Assembly: GCA_964016885.1 (NCBI GenBank)
Contig: OZ024757.1
Coordinates: 40,920,001 to 40,984,000, forward strand
Source: Eledone cirrhosa
Lineage: Eukaryota
DNA length: 64,000 bases
Direction of reading: 5' to 3'
The notes under the pieces were generated by a model that ran no database searches, was not told the origin of the DNA, and saw nothing but the letters and a program-made list of their open reading frames with translations. The translations under genes and the position numbers were made by a program. Each line of letters starts with the position of its first letter. Position 1 is the first letter of the stretch. Below, piece by piece: positions 39,813 to 53,624 of the stretch.

Positions 39813-40707
39813 TTATTTGATATTAAAATCGAAGAACGATTTAAATTTTATTTAAATTATTTTTATTATATGTTCTTATAATGAAGTCTGTGATTGTTAA
39901 TTAAATTATGTTGAGACTCAGGGACAGAAAAAAAAAATATATATATATATATGCATTTTTTTTTTTTTTTGATAATTTTATTATATTAACAATCCAGGTG
40001 CCTGCAGATACCGTCATAACAGCTGTTGTTGAAAATTAATTTAAAAATGAAATCGAAAATCTAATCTGTCTCAGTCTGTAGCCCCTTCACGCCTTCCTAC
40101 CTTTAATTTCACGGTATATATTCATCTCACTAGCTTCATTTCCAGATAGCAATGCATTCATCCCTTTCTCTATTACCATCGATACCTCTTCTATCTTACC
40201 CCATCACCCTACACACTCACTCACGTTTCAATGTATCGATCAATCTGTCTGTATTATATATATATAAGTATATGTATATATACATGCATGTTAATATATA
40301 TATATATATATAAATATATGTAAGTTTAATCGATACATAGAAATATAAATTGATTATGTTTCGCAATAAAATAAATATATTTTCTTTCAATATAAGTGTT
40401 CTATATACATTTACAGAATACTACCAGTTTTCCAATGGATATTATCGGTATATGTTCCTTTATATATCGTTTAAATTTGTGTATATATATATGTATATAT
40501 AATGTCTAATTGTGTGTATAATTATAAGGCTATGGGCGTTCTACGGATAGGTGCATATTTAATAATGCGCCAAATCATCCGTGTCCCGTAGCTAACTACT
40601 GACGAAGGGAGACTGTCTACCTCTTGATTGTCTCTCCTTATCTTCTAACAACCGTTGTCAGTAACCACACAGCCCCTCCTCTCATACATATTTATATATA
40701 TATATAT

Positions 40708-40758
40708 AGTTTCAGAAGATCCCTTTAAGGGTGAAAGCAGCGATTCTTTGCTTAAACT
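40708..40758 (+). ncRNA. Type I hammerhead motif with CAGAAGA (U4A) core variant
   Basis: AGTTT-CAGAAGA-tCCC tttaa GGGt-GAAA-GCA gcgattctt TGC-TT-AAACT; AATAAA at 40774. Confidence 0.7.
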
Positions 40759-40868
40759 TTAATCTGTTATTTTAATAAATATTTTCTCTACGGTTCTTAT
40801 ATATTTAATATATATTGATCCTTATCGAGCCCTCTTTGGATTTTAGACTTCATATTTATTATTACTTT
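40708..40868 (+). mobile_element. Family D element, colinear copy (hammerhead-AATAAA-tail) in (TA)n
   Basis: Homologous to 10039-10198; TA runs on both sides. Confidence 0.8.
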
Positions 40869-40875
40869 ATATATA

Positions 40876-41047
40876 TAACGAAGAAAATGTGGTAAGGAAC
40901 CAGATGGACCATAACGCACCAAAGTACTCAATACTTAAGGTAGTAGAGTGGGTAATAGGAACAATTAAGACCCCGACGGCAGAGCTCAAGCCGTTTGGAA
41001 TTAGCCGTTGAAACGGCTTGAGCTCTGCTGTCGGGGTCTTAATTGTT

Positions 41048-41052
<5 letters not shown>
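40876..41052 (-). mobile_element. Family C palindromic mini-element
   Basis: Arms 40955-40996 / 41011-41052 plus the family C tail; abuts the family D copy through a short TA tract. Confidence 0.85.
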
Positions 41053-41117
<65 letters not shown>

Positions 41118-41467
41118 TGGAAGTCAATTAGACCCCTGTATATTACCGACATCGTAATGATAAAAAGCAAAGCTGACATCAACAAAAGTAATTCATTTTC
41201 GTCTTATTTATATAATTGCTTTTACTGAGAGCAGAGAAAGACAGGCGTTAATACACCTTCCAACGATGATCCAGCATTTATAAGAGGCTTCATATTTCCT
41301 CATAAAGATGACAATTTATATAGAGAAGCAGATGAAAACTTGACAATATATAGTATATATATATATATATAAACGGAAAAAATGAAACGAAATTTCATTT
41401 CCCACTCTTAGTACGGCTGTTACTAAAATATAAGTATGTACACGTACATACATATATGTATACAGAG

Positions 41468-41499
<32 letters not shown>

Positions 41500-41656
41500 C
41501 GTACATGCACACATATATATATATGTATGATGGTTGCTAGACACTACGCCTTAATACGGGATGTTTGTTTACAAACACACCGAGCATTATAATAAATGTT
41601 CGGTGAATCCATATATATATATATATGATACATATATATATATATATATATGATAC

Positions 41657-41725
<69 letters not shown>

Positions 41726-41948
41726 ACATATATATATACATATCATATTATTTTATTCACAAGAGCTTTGGCAGAGAAAACCAATAAATAAGGCAATATT
41801 AAAACAACCAACAAACAAAATAGAACCTTATTAGCGAAGTCTCTCTTTTATATATCTGACAGCTGCTATATATTTTTAAGTTAACCTTCAACTATATTCT
41901 CGTTTGAAGTGGGAACAATAATTTTATTTTCAACATGCACGCATACAT

Positions 41949-41984
<36 letters not shown>

Positions 41985-42002
41985 GCGTATGTGTGTGTGT
42001 GT

Positions 42003-42063
<61 letters not shown>

Positions 42064-42167
42064 CGTTTACCAGTTTCATACGCAGCCGTGGCACTGAAAT
42101 GTACATAGTGTTTGCAGAAGTAAATAATTAAGGAAATTCAACATATTTGGCCTCCTGTCATTTCACT

Positions 42168-42563
<396 letters not shown>

Positions 42564-42567
42564 CATA

Positions 42568-42653
<86 letters not shown>

Positions 42654-42669
42654 GGCACACACACGGGTC

Positions 42670-42700
<31 letters not shown>

Positions 42701-43299
42701 TTGTTTGTCTCTTTCTCTCTATATATCCATATTTGTAGATAAAAAGATATTAGCTGTTGCTGCTTGTTGATCTAAGCGACACTTTCTTTATGTTTTTTCT
42801 TAAACTTTTACTAGAAACAACCTTTCAATTAGCTTCACCATCATTATCTTTATTATCATTATTATTATTAATATTATTATTATTGCTGTTATTATTGTTG
42901 TTGTTGTTGTTGTTTTTATTATTGCTCTTGTTGTTGTTGTTGTTGCTCTTGTTGTTGTTGTAATTTTCCAATCTATTCATATGTTTTTTATTCATATTCT
43001 TAAAAGATATTACGCTTAGTGTTTTAATGAACTCAACTTTAAATAGAAAGATTATTTCATTAGAAAGGAGAATATAAAAAATGGAACGAAACGCAATAGA
43101 AATGGAAATGTAGTTTGGTTAAATAATACATCTTGATTGAGTTCGGCTATTTTAGTTTTTTAGGTTGAAATAATATATTTAATCTCTTATTTTCAATTTG
43201 TGTTGAAATTTTTTAGATTTATTTAAGTGAATTATGATTTTTACGAGTGTATATTTATGTATATACACACACTCATTTATATATATATACATACACAAG

Positions 43300-43338
<39 letters not shown>

Positions 43339-43341
43339 AAG

Positions 43342-43382
<41 letters not shown>

Positions 43383-43389
43383 GTTTCTT

Positions 43390-43851
43390 AAGTTAATCAA
43401 ATTAAATTAATTCAACAGTTAAACAGGAATAATAAGGTTGTTATCAAAGAGCCAGTAGATTGACAAGTCAACCCTAAATATGACTAACAGCTCTAGGAAA
43501 CTTAGATTGAAAGTAGGTTTATAATTATTAATTTTCAGTATACTTTTGTAGATGTCTCGGTGATCCTGGTCTGAAGTTCGATCCTGTTCGGGAGTAGGTT
43601 TCCCGGTAAACCTTTTCAGTTTGTTTCCTATGAGATGTAAAATAAAAACTGAAAAAGGTTACATGTACCTCTTGACCAGGATTGAACCCAAGACCAGGAT
43701 CGCCACCGTTTCTAGTACTTACCGCTAGGCTACTGAGACAACTACGTAAATAAACTGAAAATTCATACTTATAAACCTACTTTCGAAATTTTCAATATAA
43801 AATGATGTGGTGATGTGGTGTCGTTCATCTCTTTCTTAATGTTATTGCTCC

Positions 43852-43852
<1 letters not shown>
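43390..43852. mobile_element. Family F element (copy F2)
   Basis: Internally deleted unit 2 (+) ~43555-43595 and unit 1 (-) 43671-43738; IR GAAAGTAGGTTTATAA / TTATAAACCTACTTTC; TA flanks. Confidence 0.8.
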
Positions 43853-43882
<30 letters not shown>

Positions 43883-43889
43883 CTGTTAA

Positions 43890-44350
43890 AATAATCAAAT
43901 TAAATTAATTCAACAGTGAAACACATATAGGAATAATATGGTTGTTACCAAAGAGCCAGAAGATTGACAAGTCGACCCCAAATATGACTAATATCAATTT
44001 TCATTGCAAGTTTGTAGATGTCTCGGTGGCCTAGTGGAAGGAATAATAGATGGTGGTGAACCTGGTCTGAAGTTCTCTCCTGGTAGGGTTCCCGGTAAAC
44101 GTTTTCAGTTTTTTTTTTCTATTGGATGTAAAATAAAAACTGAAAAAGTTTACATGTACATCTTGGCCAGGATTGAACCCAAGACCAGGATCTCCAACGT
44201 CTCTAGTACTTACCACTGAGCCACAGAGACAACTACAAAAATCTATTGAGAATTCATACTTATAAACCTACTTTCAAAATGTTCAATACAAAATCATGTG
44301 GTGTCCTTCATGTCGTTCTTAATGTTATTGCTCCTACTTAAGGTCGACTT
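43890..44350. mobile_element. Family F element (copy F3), tandem to F2
   Basis: Unit 2 (+) 44021-44085 has TGGCCTAGTGG. Unit 1 (-) 44161-44229 has TGGCTCAGTGG...GGTTCAATCC. T-runs on both strands lie between the units. Confidence 0.8.
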
Positions 44351-44907
44351 CTAAATAATTTCGGTGTTCCATAAACTACATCCTCGTTTTGTTTATGATT
44401 ATTAATTTTCAACCACTAAACCTCGATTAAATGGACCTGTCGAACATATCACTAGTAGATTTACTAAATACAACTGTCAATAGACAAGGAATAAACATAT
44501 TACTACTAAACCAGACTCTACCATTTACCAATATCCTCCCTATACCGTATATAATACGATTTAACTGAAATAATGAAATAATACAAGGAAATTTATATAG
44601 TGAAAAATGTATTATTTACAAATAATAAAAGCTTTCCATGCTGGTAACTTCAACTTATCCTTTTCAATTTAGTCACAGTTCGATTAATTCGATTACTAAA
44701 CATTTCCATTTAGTCACAGTGTGATCGATTCGATCTCTAAACGTCACCAGGTGGCCTATTCTTTAAAACCCAAACCAAAAAATGACATTGTCTCACACAA
44801 GATTCAAATTTGACGTGGATTTTCTGCAGCGTTCGTTTATCTCAAGTTGGGTAATTGTATTATTTACTGTCGGAATACCGGGAAATTATCTCTGTGTATG
44901 TGTATAT

Positions 44908-44968
44908 AGTAGTAGTAGTGGTGGTGATGGTAGTGGTGGCAGTGGTGGTAGTAGTCGTGGCAGTGGTG

Positions 44969-45055
<87 letters not shown>

Positions 45056-45234
45056 CTGGTGGTGGTAGATCTAGTATTAGTAGTAGCAGCAACAGTAGCG
45101 GCAATAGAAGAAGAAGAAGAAGAAGAAGAAGAAGAAGAAGAAGAAGAAGAAGAAGAAGAAGAAGAAGAAGAAGAAGAAGAAGAAGAAGAAGAAGAAGAAG
45201 AAGAAGAAGAAGAAGAAGAAGAAGAAGAAGAAGA
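44908..45234. repeat. (GGT)/(AGT)n/(GAA)n microsatellites
   Basis: Read directly from the sequence. Confidence 0.95.
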
Positions 45235-45513
45235 TATTTACTAAGATATGTAACTTAACAAATAGCTACCATATGCGACGGTTATCGAAATTACAGGAAG
45301 TTTGAACTGTAGGCTTCTAAATCGATATTTGTAATAGTATATTAACGTGTTACGGAGATCCCCGAATACCGTTCCGTGAACACGTATGCCGGACAGGATT
45401 GTTAAGACGGAATAATACGTAAGAAATAGCTCTATGTAGAAACTGTATTGGTTTAGAGTAACATGATTTGATTCATGTCGTATTGCACAAACACAAACAC
45501 GCACACACATACG

Positions 45514-45551
<38 letters not shown>

Positions 45552-45704
45552 TGTGTGTGCGTGTGCGTGTGTCTGTGTATAAATATACATATATATATAT
45601 ATACATATACATATAAATGTATAAATATATGTATATGTGTGTGTGTATTATATAAATATATATAGATATATATGATTATATATATATATTTATATACATA
45701 TATG

Positions 45705-45738
<34 letters not shown>

Positions 45739-45777
45739 TACATATCGCATGTTTGACCTTTCTATTCTTGAATTCTT

Positions 45778-45814
<37 letters not shown>

Positions 45815-46319
45815 TGCATCTCTTTCTGTCTTGCCAATTCTTCACACACACACATACACACACACACACACACACTCAAATCCTTTTCTAACGCTTTATC
45901 GACTCACTGCTTCTACTAGTTATATAGATAAATATATAAGATAACAGTAGTTGTGATCTATTGAACTAAATGGTTGCAACATTGATAAATTATTATAGCA
46001 TGTCAACAGAGATGTTTGGCGTTGTTCTACATCCTGGGGGTAAAATTCCCTGCTAACTCTTTACATTCTATACAGAGAAAATTAGATACCAATTGAAGCA
46101 CGTCTGACTTGTAGCAGAGATGCAGAGATGTCTTAAACGATAACACACTCGTTATTGAATATAGTTCGTGCTTTATCTTGCTTCTAGCTCGCCTTTTACA
46201 TATGTCTGACGTAGTTATATTAAGTATGACACTAACACCAACACAAACACAATCACAAACACACACACACACAGCCATGTAACAGTCTAGATGAAGTTTC
46301 GATTGTTGTTTTTGGCAGC

Positions 46320-46665
46320 GATGGCGAGTGGCCAAGTGGCCAAGTGGTAAACATGTAAGGGTGTTGAACGTACGAATATAATGTCATGGATTCGATTCCT
46401 GGATTGTTATGTTCTTGAGCAGAACAATTCATTTCCCATTGCTCCAGTATACTCAGTGGAGGCGAGTAGCTTCGTGGCAAGGGTGTTAGACAAAAGGATA
46501 TAATGTTGTGGATTCTATTCCTGGATATTGTTGGGTTGTGTGTTATTTTCTTGAGTAAAGCACTTCATTTCACATTGCTCCAGTATACACAGTACCAGCA
46601 GCAATACCTGGGAGTTAAGCCTTGTGATGAACAGACGTTCTGTTCGGGAATGATGGGGGTTGTGT
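46320..46665 (+). mobile_element. Two tandem copies of a second tRNA-derived SINE family (CORE/Meta/V-type body)
   Basis: Heads TGGCCAAGTGG..GATTCGATTCC, bodies TTCTTGAG.A.A.CA.TTCATTTC.CATTGCTCCAGTATAC, then CCTTGTGATGAACAGACGTTCTGTTCGGG. Confidence 0.65.
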
Positions 46666-46759
46666 CGGCTTCGTTGAGTTGGGTTTTCTGTGTGAATCTG
46701 TACTAAATATATCTATCTATACTAAATATATCTATATATATATATATATATATATATAT

Positions 46760-46845
46760 TTAATATAGGCTTCTACAGGAATATAACTGTTTCGTTTGAA
46801 GGAAATCATCTACTTACTGTGGTTACCCTACGTGGTACCCGGGAC
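46760..46845. mobile_element. Family I mini-element: inverted decayed hammerhead plus 3' tail
   Basis: Minus strand TAGATGA-tttccttcaaac-GAAAC-A-GTT-atattCCTGTAGAAGCC. Plus strand TACTTACTGTGG..ACCCGGGA matches the reverse complement of 58621-58655. Confidence 0.6.
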
Positions 46846-46910
46846 ACACACACATCCAAACACACACACAAACACACACACAAAGACACACACACAGACA
46901 CACACATGCA

Positions 46911-46958
<48 letters not shown>

Positions 46959-47663
46959 CATATATAATACGACGAAATGTGTTTCTAATTTACAAAAAGT
47001 ACAAATCTAAAATACGTACAACAACCACAATAACAACAACAAGAACAACATTTATTCTATAGTTTAACTCCTCAATTTTTTTTTTTCCTTTTTCATTTAA
47101 GAAAACCAATAATGTTGACTTTAGATTCGTTCTTCAGAATGCTTCCCTGTTTCAAAAGGACTAGAATAGCTTTTTATATAGAATGACGTTTAAACTCGAT
47201 TAATGTAAGCTATTATTTTCTATTTAATCTTTCAACTTTTCCTCAAATCTACTTACTTGTTTAATGGCGAAATCTTTTATTCTAAACAGATTTGAAAAAT
47301 GCCGCTTCTGTCTACTTTACAATTCTTACTTAAACAAATATACATACATAAGAGGAAAATATACACACACACATATACACGTTACATATATATATATATA
47401 TATGAGTGTGTATGTATATATATATTTTTTTTTTTTCTATAAAACTCTCTCTCTTTCTATATATATATATATGTATGTATATATATATACATACATATAA
47501 ATATATATACATATATATATATATATTTATATATGTATGTATATATATATATGTATATATATATATATACATATATATACTTATATATGTATGTATATAT
47601 ATGTATATATATATATACATATATATACATATATAAATGTGTATATATACATATATATATATG

Positions 47664-47695
<32 letters not shown>

Positions 47696-47728
47696 CATAT
47701 ATATACATATATATATGTGTATATATAC

Positions 47729-47807
<79 letters not shown>

Positions 47808-47853
47808 AAGAGAGAGAGAGTTTTATATATATATACACACATATACACACATT

Positions 47854-47885
<32 letters not shown>

Positions 47886-48141
47886 CATAAATACACCCAT
47901 ATAATTATATAAACATATGTATATACATTTACATATATATATATATATGTTTGTGTGTGCGTGTGTATGTGTATATATATATGTATGTGTGTATATACCA
48001 TATACACCATAGTATTAACAGACGACAAAACAATATATATACGTATATATATAGTCACCTATGCAATGTTTATGCTAAACTTACTATATTTCTATTATAT
48101 ATTCTAACTTAGCATCGATTTTTTTTCACTATCTCTCTCTC

Positions 48142-48177
<36 letters not shown>

Positions 48178-48238
48178 AAGGGAGGGAGAGATCACTTTTT
48201 CTTTATCTTTCTATCCGTCTCTATCTCTTTGATATAGG

Positions 48239-48271
<33 letters not shown>

Positions 48272-48713
48272 ATATGGTGTTATCTTTACTATAGTTATTA
48301 TTTTGCATCTCATTTACCCTACCCACTCCCCCATCCTGTTTTATGTTGCTGCTGCTGCTGCTACTACTGCTGCTCGTGCTGCTGCAACTCTCTGCTGCAG
48401 CATTTTATATATTTATATTTATTTTATTTTATTTTATTTTATATATTTATATTTATATTTATTTTATTTTTCTAAACATATTCTATCCTCAAAATTTTTA
48501 TATTCAAATATTTATGCTTTGAAATTTCCCGAAATCTTGAAAAACCAACATTTTTATTATTTGACCAGATTTCATTTCTTCTTCAATACAAAATACGACT
48601 TCCAATAAAGATAGGCTACTTTTTTCTTTACTATTTTAATATTTCAGTATTTTATTTTTACAGTAGTTTCATCTTCAGATTTATCCTGTCATTTTATTTT
48701 CCATTATTTGTAG

Positions 48714-49170
48714 AGGGTGGATTGGCAGTATCGGTAGAGGGTCGGACGCCATGCTTTGACGCATAGAGTTACGGCCCTTGCCATTCTGAGTTCAAATCCC
48801 GCCGAGGTTAACTTTGCCTTTCATCTTTACGGCGTCGATATAATAAAGTACCAGTAATGCGCTGGGTATTTGCTGGCCTTGTGCCAAAAAGTAGAAACAA
48901 TTATTTGTAGAGGGTTGGACGCCATGCTTCTAGCATAGTTACGTCCATTTACGATCTGAGTTCAAATCCCGCTGAGGTTAACTTTGCCTTTCATCCTTAC
49001 GAGGTCGATAAAATAAAATACCAGTAATGTACTGGGGTTCGATTTAATCGTCTTACCACTCCTCCAAAGCTAACGGCCCCGTGTTTTGAACTCAAAACGT
49101 AAAGATCCATAACTCTATGCTGCAAAGCATGGTGTTTGTCGCTCTACCGATACGGCCAATCTAACACCCT
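48714..49170. mobile_element. Two + SINE copies and one - SINE head
   Basis: Match the family consensus. Confidence 0.9.
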
Positions 49171-49652
49171 TACGATAATATGAAGGATAAAGAAAAAAAC
49201 TATTGAAAAATATCCGAAAAATGGAAAACCCTTGTGTTTTATAAGAAATAGAAAGATATTGAAATTTAAAATATATTAATACTAATATTAATACTAATAT
49301 TAATACTAATATTAATACTAATACTAATATTTTAATATTTCAACACCTGCCATAGTTTTATATATTTAGATCGAATGTTCTCGTGTGAGGGAGTGTAATA
49401 GCCAGAGAAAACTGTTAGACAAAATGTATTATAGAAAAATATAGCAAGTGGAGAATTGGTGAGGAGAGCGACGCAAGGGAGATAAATATAGCAAGTATTT
49501 AGAAATATGGATTCAGGATATGAAACCGCTAATGTATAAATAAATAAATATATAAATGAGAAGATAGATAGGAAATTTGAAATAGTGCTGACTCAAGAAA
49601 GAATGACAGGAGAGCCATATTTAATGTAAGATATCTGTATATACATATGGGG

Positions 49653-49721
<69 letters not shown>

Positions 49722-49750
49722 CATATATATATATACATATATATATATAT

Positions 49751-49795
<45 letters not shown>

Positions 49796-49817
49796 TATAT
49801 ATATATAATATATATAT

Positions 49818-49858
<41 letters not shown>

Positions 49859-49885
49859 TATATATATATATATATATATATAGAT

Positions 49886-49944
<59 letters not shown>

Positions 49945-49955
49945 TTATATATATA

Positions 49956-50003
<48 letters not shown>

Positions 50004-50008
50004 AATAC

Positions 50009-50039
<31 letters not shown>

Positions 50040-50067
50040 GATATATAGATATAGATATATATATATA

Positions 50068-50161
<94 letters not shown>

Positions 50162-50554
50162 CAAATACATATATATATATAAAGGATATTTCCGCTGTCA
50201 TCAGGAGTGATACGTAATTTATTTGTTTCCTGTGTTACATCATTCTTTTTCAGTGAAATTTAAAAAAGAGATTTGTCATTGTTGTGTTTCTTTCCATCGG
50301 CCATTTACCCAATGGTGTAACCTTTCCATCTTTAAAGAATACAAAATGGCGCCTAATTTATGCACAAGTCCAGCAATTTGGAGGTCCGTACAGGGTAAAT
50401 TAGATTTACCGACTCTAGTATTTTACTGGTATCTTATGTTATTAGCCCCAGAAAGATGCAAAGTTATATAATAAAAAAGGCGGGACTCGATGTCTCAGCT
50501 GTTGCAAATTCAACTGCTATTTCAAGGCCTAATTTGGAACTAGTTGATGAAACA

Positions 50555-50603
<49 letters not shown>

Positions 50604-50684
50604 ATATATATATTATATATATATATATCATATGTATATATATAGGGAGATAGATAGATAGAGAGAGAGAGAAGGAGAGAGAGA

Positions 50685-50737
<53 letters not shown>

Positions 50738-50739
50738 GG

Positions 50740-50771
<32 letters not shown>

Positions 50772-50799
50772 GGGAGAGAGAGAGAGGTAGTAACAGAAC

Positions 50800-50969
50800 A
50801 GTTAGTTCACCATACCGAGAACAAATCTTTCAACTTATGAAGATCCGCACAAGGTGAAACAATTGTTCTCAGTATGGTGAACTAACTATTGTGGAACTAC
50901 TTCTACCAAACTCGTGCCATGGACTGAGTACTCTACTACTATGGATATAACCCTCGAGTGGTCTACTAT

Positions 50970-50970
<1 letters not shown>
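50800..50970 (+). mobile_element. Family E hairpin element with decayed hammerhead (50837-50867)
   Basis: IR AGTTAGTTCACCATACCGAGAACAA / TTGTTCTCAGTATGGTGAACTAACT. The loop reads ATGAAGA-tCC gcacaa GGt-GAA-ACAATTGT-T (palindromic stem III). The tail ends in (TA)n. Confidence 0.65.
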
Positions 50971-51025
<55 letters not shown>

Positions 51026-51130
51026 TATATATATCCAGAAGTTATAGTTAATTTATTGGGATTCAACAAGTTTAAAAGCTTTATAACTAATATATAAAGC
51101 ACTCAACAGTTTGGTGGAGCAAATATACAA

Positions 51131-51218
51131 TATATTAATAAATTGAAAGTATATTTATAAAACCATAATTATTTTATTAAATAAATTAGTATGGTTTTAT
51201 AAATATAGTTTCCATTTA

Positions 51219-51226
<8 letters not shown>
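51131..51226. repeat. AT-rich ~45-bp-arm inverted repeat abutting (TA)n
   Basis: TATATTAATAAATTGAAAGTATATTTATAAAACCATA / TATGGTTTTATAAATATAGTTTCCATTTATTAATATA. Confidence 0.75.
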
Positions 51227-51305
<79 letters not shown>

Positions 51306-51771
51306 TACATGGCTAACCAATACTGCAAGAATCTGTTGGTAAACTTATTAAATAACATAAAAATAAAAATGTAAACATCCTAAATTTACTTTTGGAGTCA
51401 ATCTAGTATATACACACACACCCCCACATACCCCCCCCCCACCCACACACACACAAACACACTAACATACACTCAGACTTACACACAAACACAGAGATAC
51501 ACAGACACACACACACACTAATGCTCACATAAACATTAACACACGTACACATTAATACACATATACACAGATATAGAGACAGACGCACACTAATACCCAC
51601 ACATACACAGATACACACAGACACACACTTAAACACTAACACATGCACACATGGAAGTATGCAGGTGCACCTGATGATGCGGAAGATCTTCACATGAAAA
51701 CTGTAGAAAACACGATTATGTTAATAATAATAATAATAATAATAATAAGGACAATAACAATAACAATAATA

Positions 51772-52035
51772 ATGGTTTCTTATATAGGCACAAGGCCAGT
51801 AATTTGGGGGGAGGGGAAAGTCGATTAAATCGACCCCAGTGCGTGACTGGTACCTTATTTTATCGACCCCATAAGGATGAAAGGCAAAGTTAACCTCGGC
51901 GGGATTTGAACTCAGACCATAAAGAGCCGTAATTCTATGCTGCAAAGCATGGCGTCCGACCCTCTACCGATACTGCCAATCCACCACCCTAACATGGCGT
52001 CCGACCCTCTACCGATACTGCCAATCCACCGCCCT
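51772..52035 (-). mobile_element. Long-form SINE with duplicated 45-bp head
   Basis: CATGGCGTCCGACCCTCTACCGATACTGCCAATCCACC at 51948 and 51993. Confidence 0.9.
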
Positions 52036-52419
52036 ATATAGTAATAATAATAATTATAATATTACTACAAATAATAATAGTATTAATGAGATTGGTGGTA
52101 ATAGTTTTGTGATGTAGTGTAGATATATTTCACAGATACGTACAAAACAAGCGCAGTGTCGTTTATACTAAGTTCCATAAATAGAAATAGGAACGGACAA
52201 TTTGCAAAATTTTGAATTCTACCAACGTGTTTGAGAAAATAGGAGAAAGGGAGAAAGGGAGAAAGGGAGAAAGGAAGAGAAAAGGAAAGAAAGAAATGAA
52301 GTGAGTGAGAAAGAGAGTGAGAGAATACGAGAGATATAAAAAGAGTGATATATATATATATAGAGAGAGGGGGGGGGAACAAAAGACGAGAGAAAGGAAA
52401 AGGGAGCAAGATGTATATA

Positions 52420-52451
<32 letters not shown>

Positions 52452-52460
52452 GATATGTGC

Positions 52461-52509
<49 letters not shown>

Positions 52510-53278
52510 AAGTGAAAGAGAGAGAGAGAGAAAGTGAAAGAGAGAGAGACAGGCAGAGAGAGAGAGAGGGGGAGAGAGAGAGAGAAAGAAAAGAAGACGG
52601 AAGGAAAGAAAGAAGTTAAGAAAGACAGCAAACAATGTAGAATATGAGACAGAAAAGAAGAATCGATCTATCCTTAACGATGACATTATAAGCTAAAGAC
52701 ATTACGAAACACCATTTTTCTTTTTTTCCTTTCGAAAAAAAAAATTATTTGTAGCTTGCAGAAGATTGGTTCTTTGCCAAAATAATTGGCAACATATCCA
52801 CATTTTAGTAAAACTACTGCTACTGCAAATATCTTAACGTTTTTCTCACAAATTTTTACTGTATTACTGTAAAAAAATTACGTTAAAACCTTTCTTTTTA
52901 CAATTCTCTACGACAGAATAGAAATCAAATAAAAACGGTGAAAGAAATTTTTGAAATATTTTTTTAATATATATATATAATTTTTTTTTTTTTTAATCAG
53001 GCACAAGACGCAAGCCTTCGAATATATTTACCTATTCACACTCCACACGCACATGTATATATATATATTTCGTTTCTGAATTTGTTTAGCAAGATTCTTT
53101 ATCTGAAAACGTGTGTTGAAACCGATATTGTTATACTTTGGGAGGGTCATGTTGCCAATAAGAAACACACGGACCAGTTGCTTTCACTTCAATTTATTAT
53201 AATAAATTTATAAATTTAGGAATTTATAAATTTCCGGTTGGTTGGTTGGTTCCACAACCAGATGGTTGTTTATATATT

Positions 53279-53321
53279 GTCAAAGTTCTTTCGTCACACA
53301 TTCTCTGACCTCTTCAGTGAC
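53279..53321 (-). ncRNA. Type I hammerhead motif (family A, left arm)
   Basis: GTCA-CTGAAGA-GGTCAGAgaatgTGTGAC-GAAA-GAAC-TT-TGAC. Confidence 0.8.
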
Positions 53322-53435
53322 TGGGGATTCTTTTCTTTGTTTTTGTGCCTCTCCTTTGTTCTGTCCTACGCCAGAAAACAAGATGGCGTAGGACAGAACA
53401 AAGGAGAGGCACAAAAACAAAGAAAAGAATCCCCA

Positions 53436-53478
53436 GTCACTGAAGAGGTCACAGAATGTGTGACGAAAGAACTTTGAC
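53436..53478 (+). ncRNA. Type I hammerhead motif (family A, right arm)
   Basis: GTCA-CTGAAGA-G-GTCACA gaatg TGTGAC-GAAA-GAAC-TT-TGAC. Confidence 0.82.
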
Positions 53479-53624
53479 AATATATAAACAACCATCTGGT
53501 TGTGGAACCAACCAACTGGAAATTTATAAATTCCTTAATTTATAAATTCCTTATAATAAATTTAAGTGAAAGCGACTGGTGCGTGTGTTTCCTATTGGCA
53601 ACATGACCCTCCCAAAGTATAACA

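Noticed and set aside
40603-40665. CTGACGA followed by hairpin AGGGAGAC/GTCTCTCCT and ACAAC.GTTGTC
   Set aside because: No GAAA and stem I is out of register. It may be a very old hammerhead but cannot be supported.
44021-44229. Functional tRNA genes
   Set aside because: A/B boxes are present, but the acceptor and anticodon arms are non-canonical and differ among copies. Treated as tRNA-like parts of family F.
45240-45480. Unique CpG-containing segment, possible exon
   Set aside because: No recognisable protein motif or convincing splice pair on either strand.
51665-51712. CTGATGA...GAAA..TA motif
   Set aside because: Stems I and III do not pair; chance occurrence is plausible.
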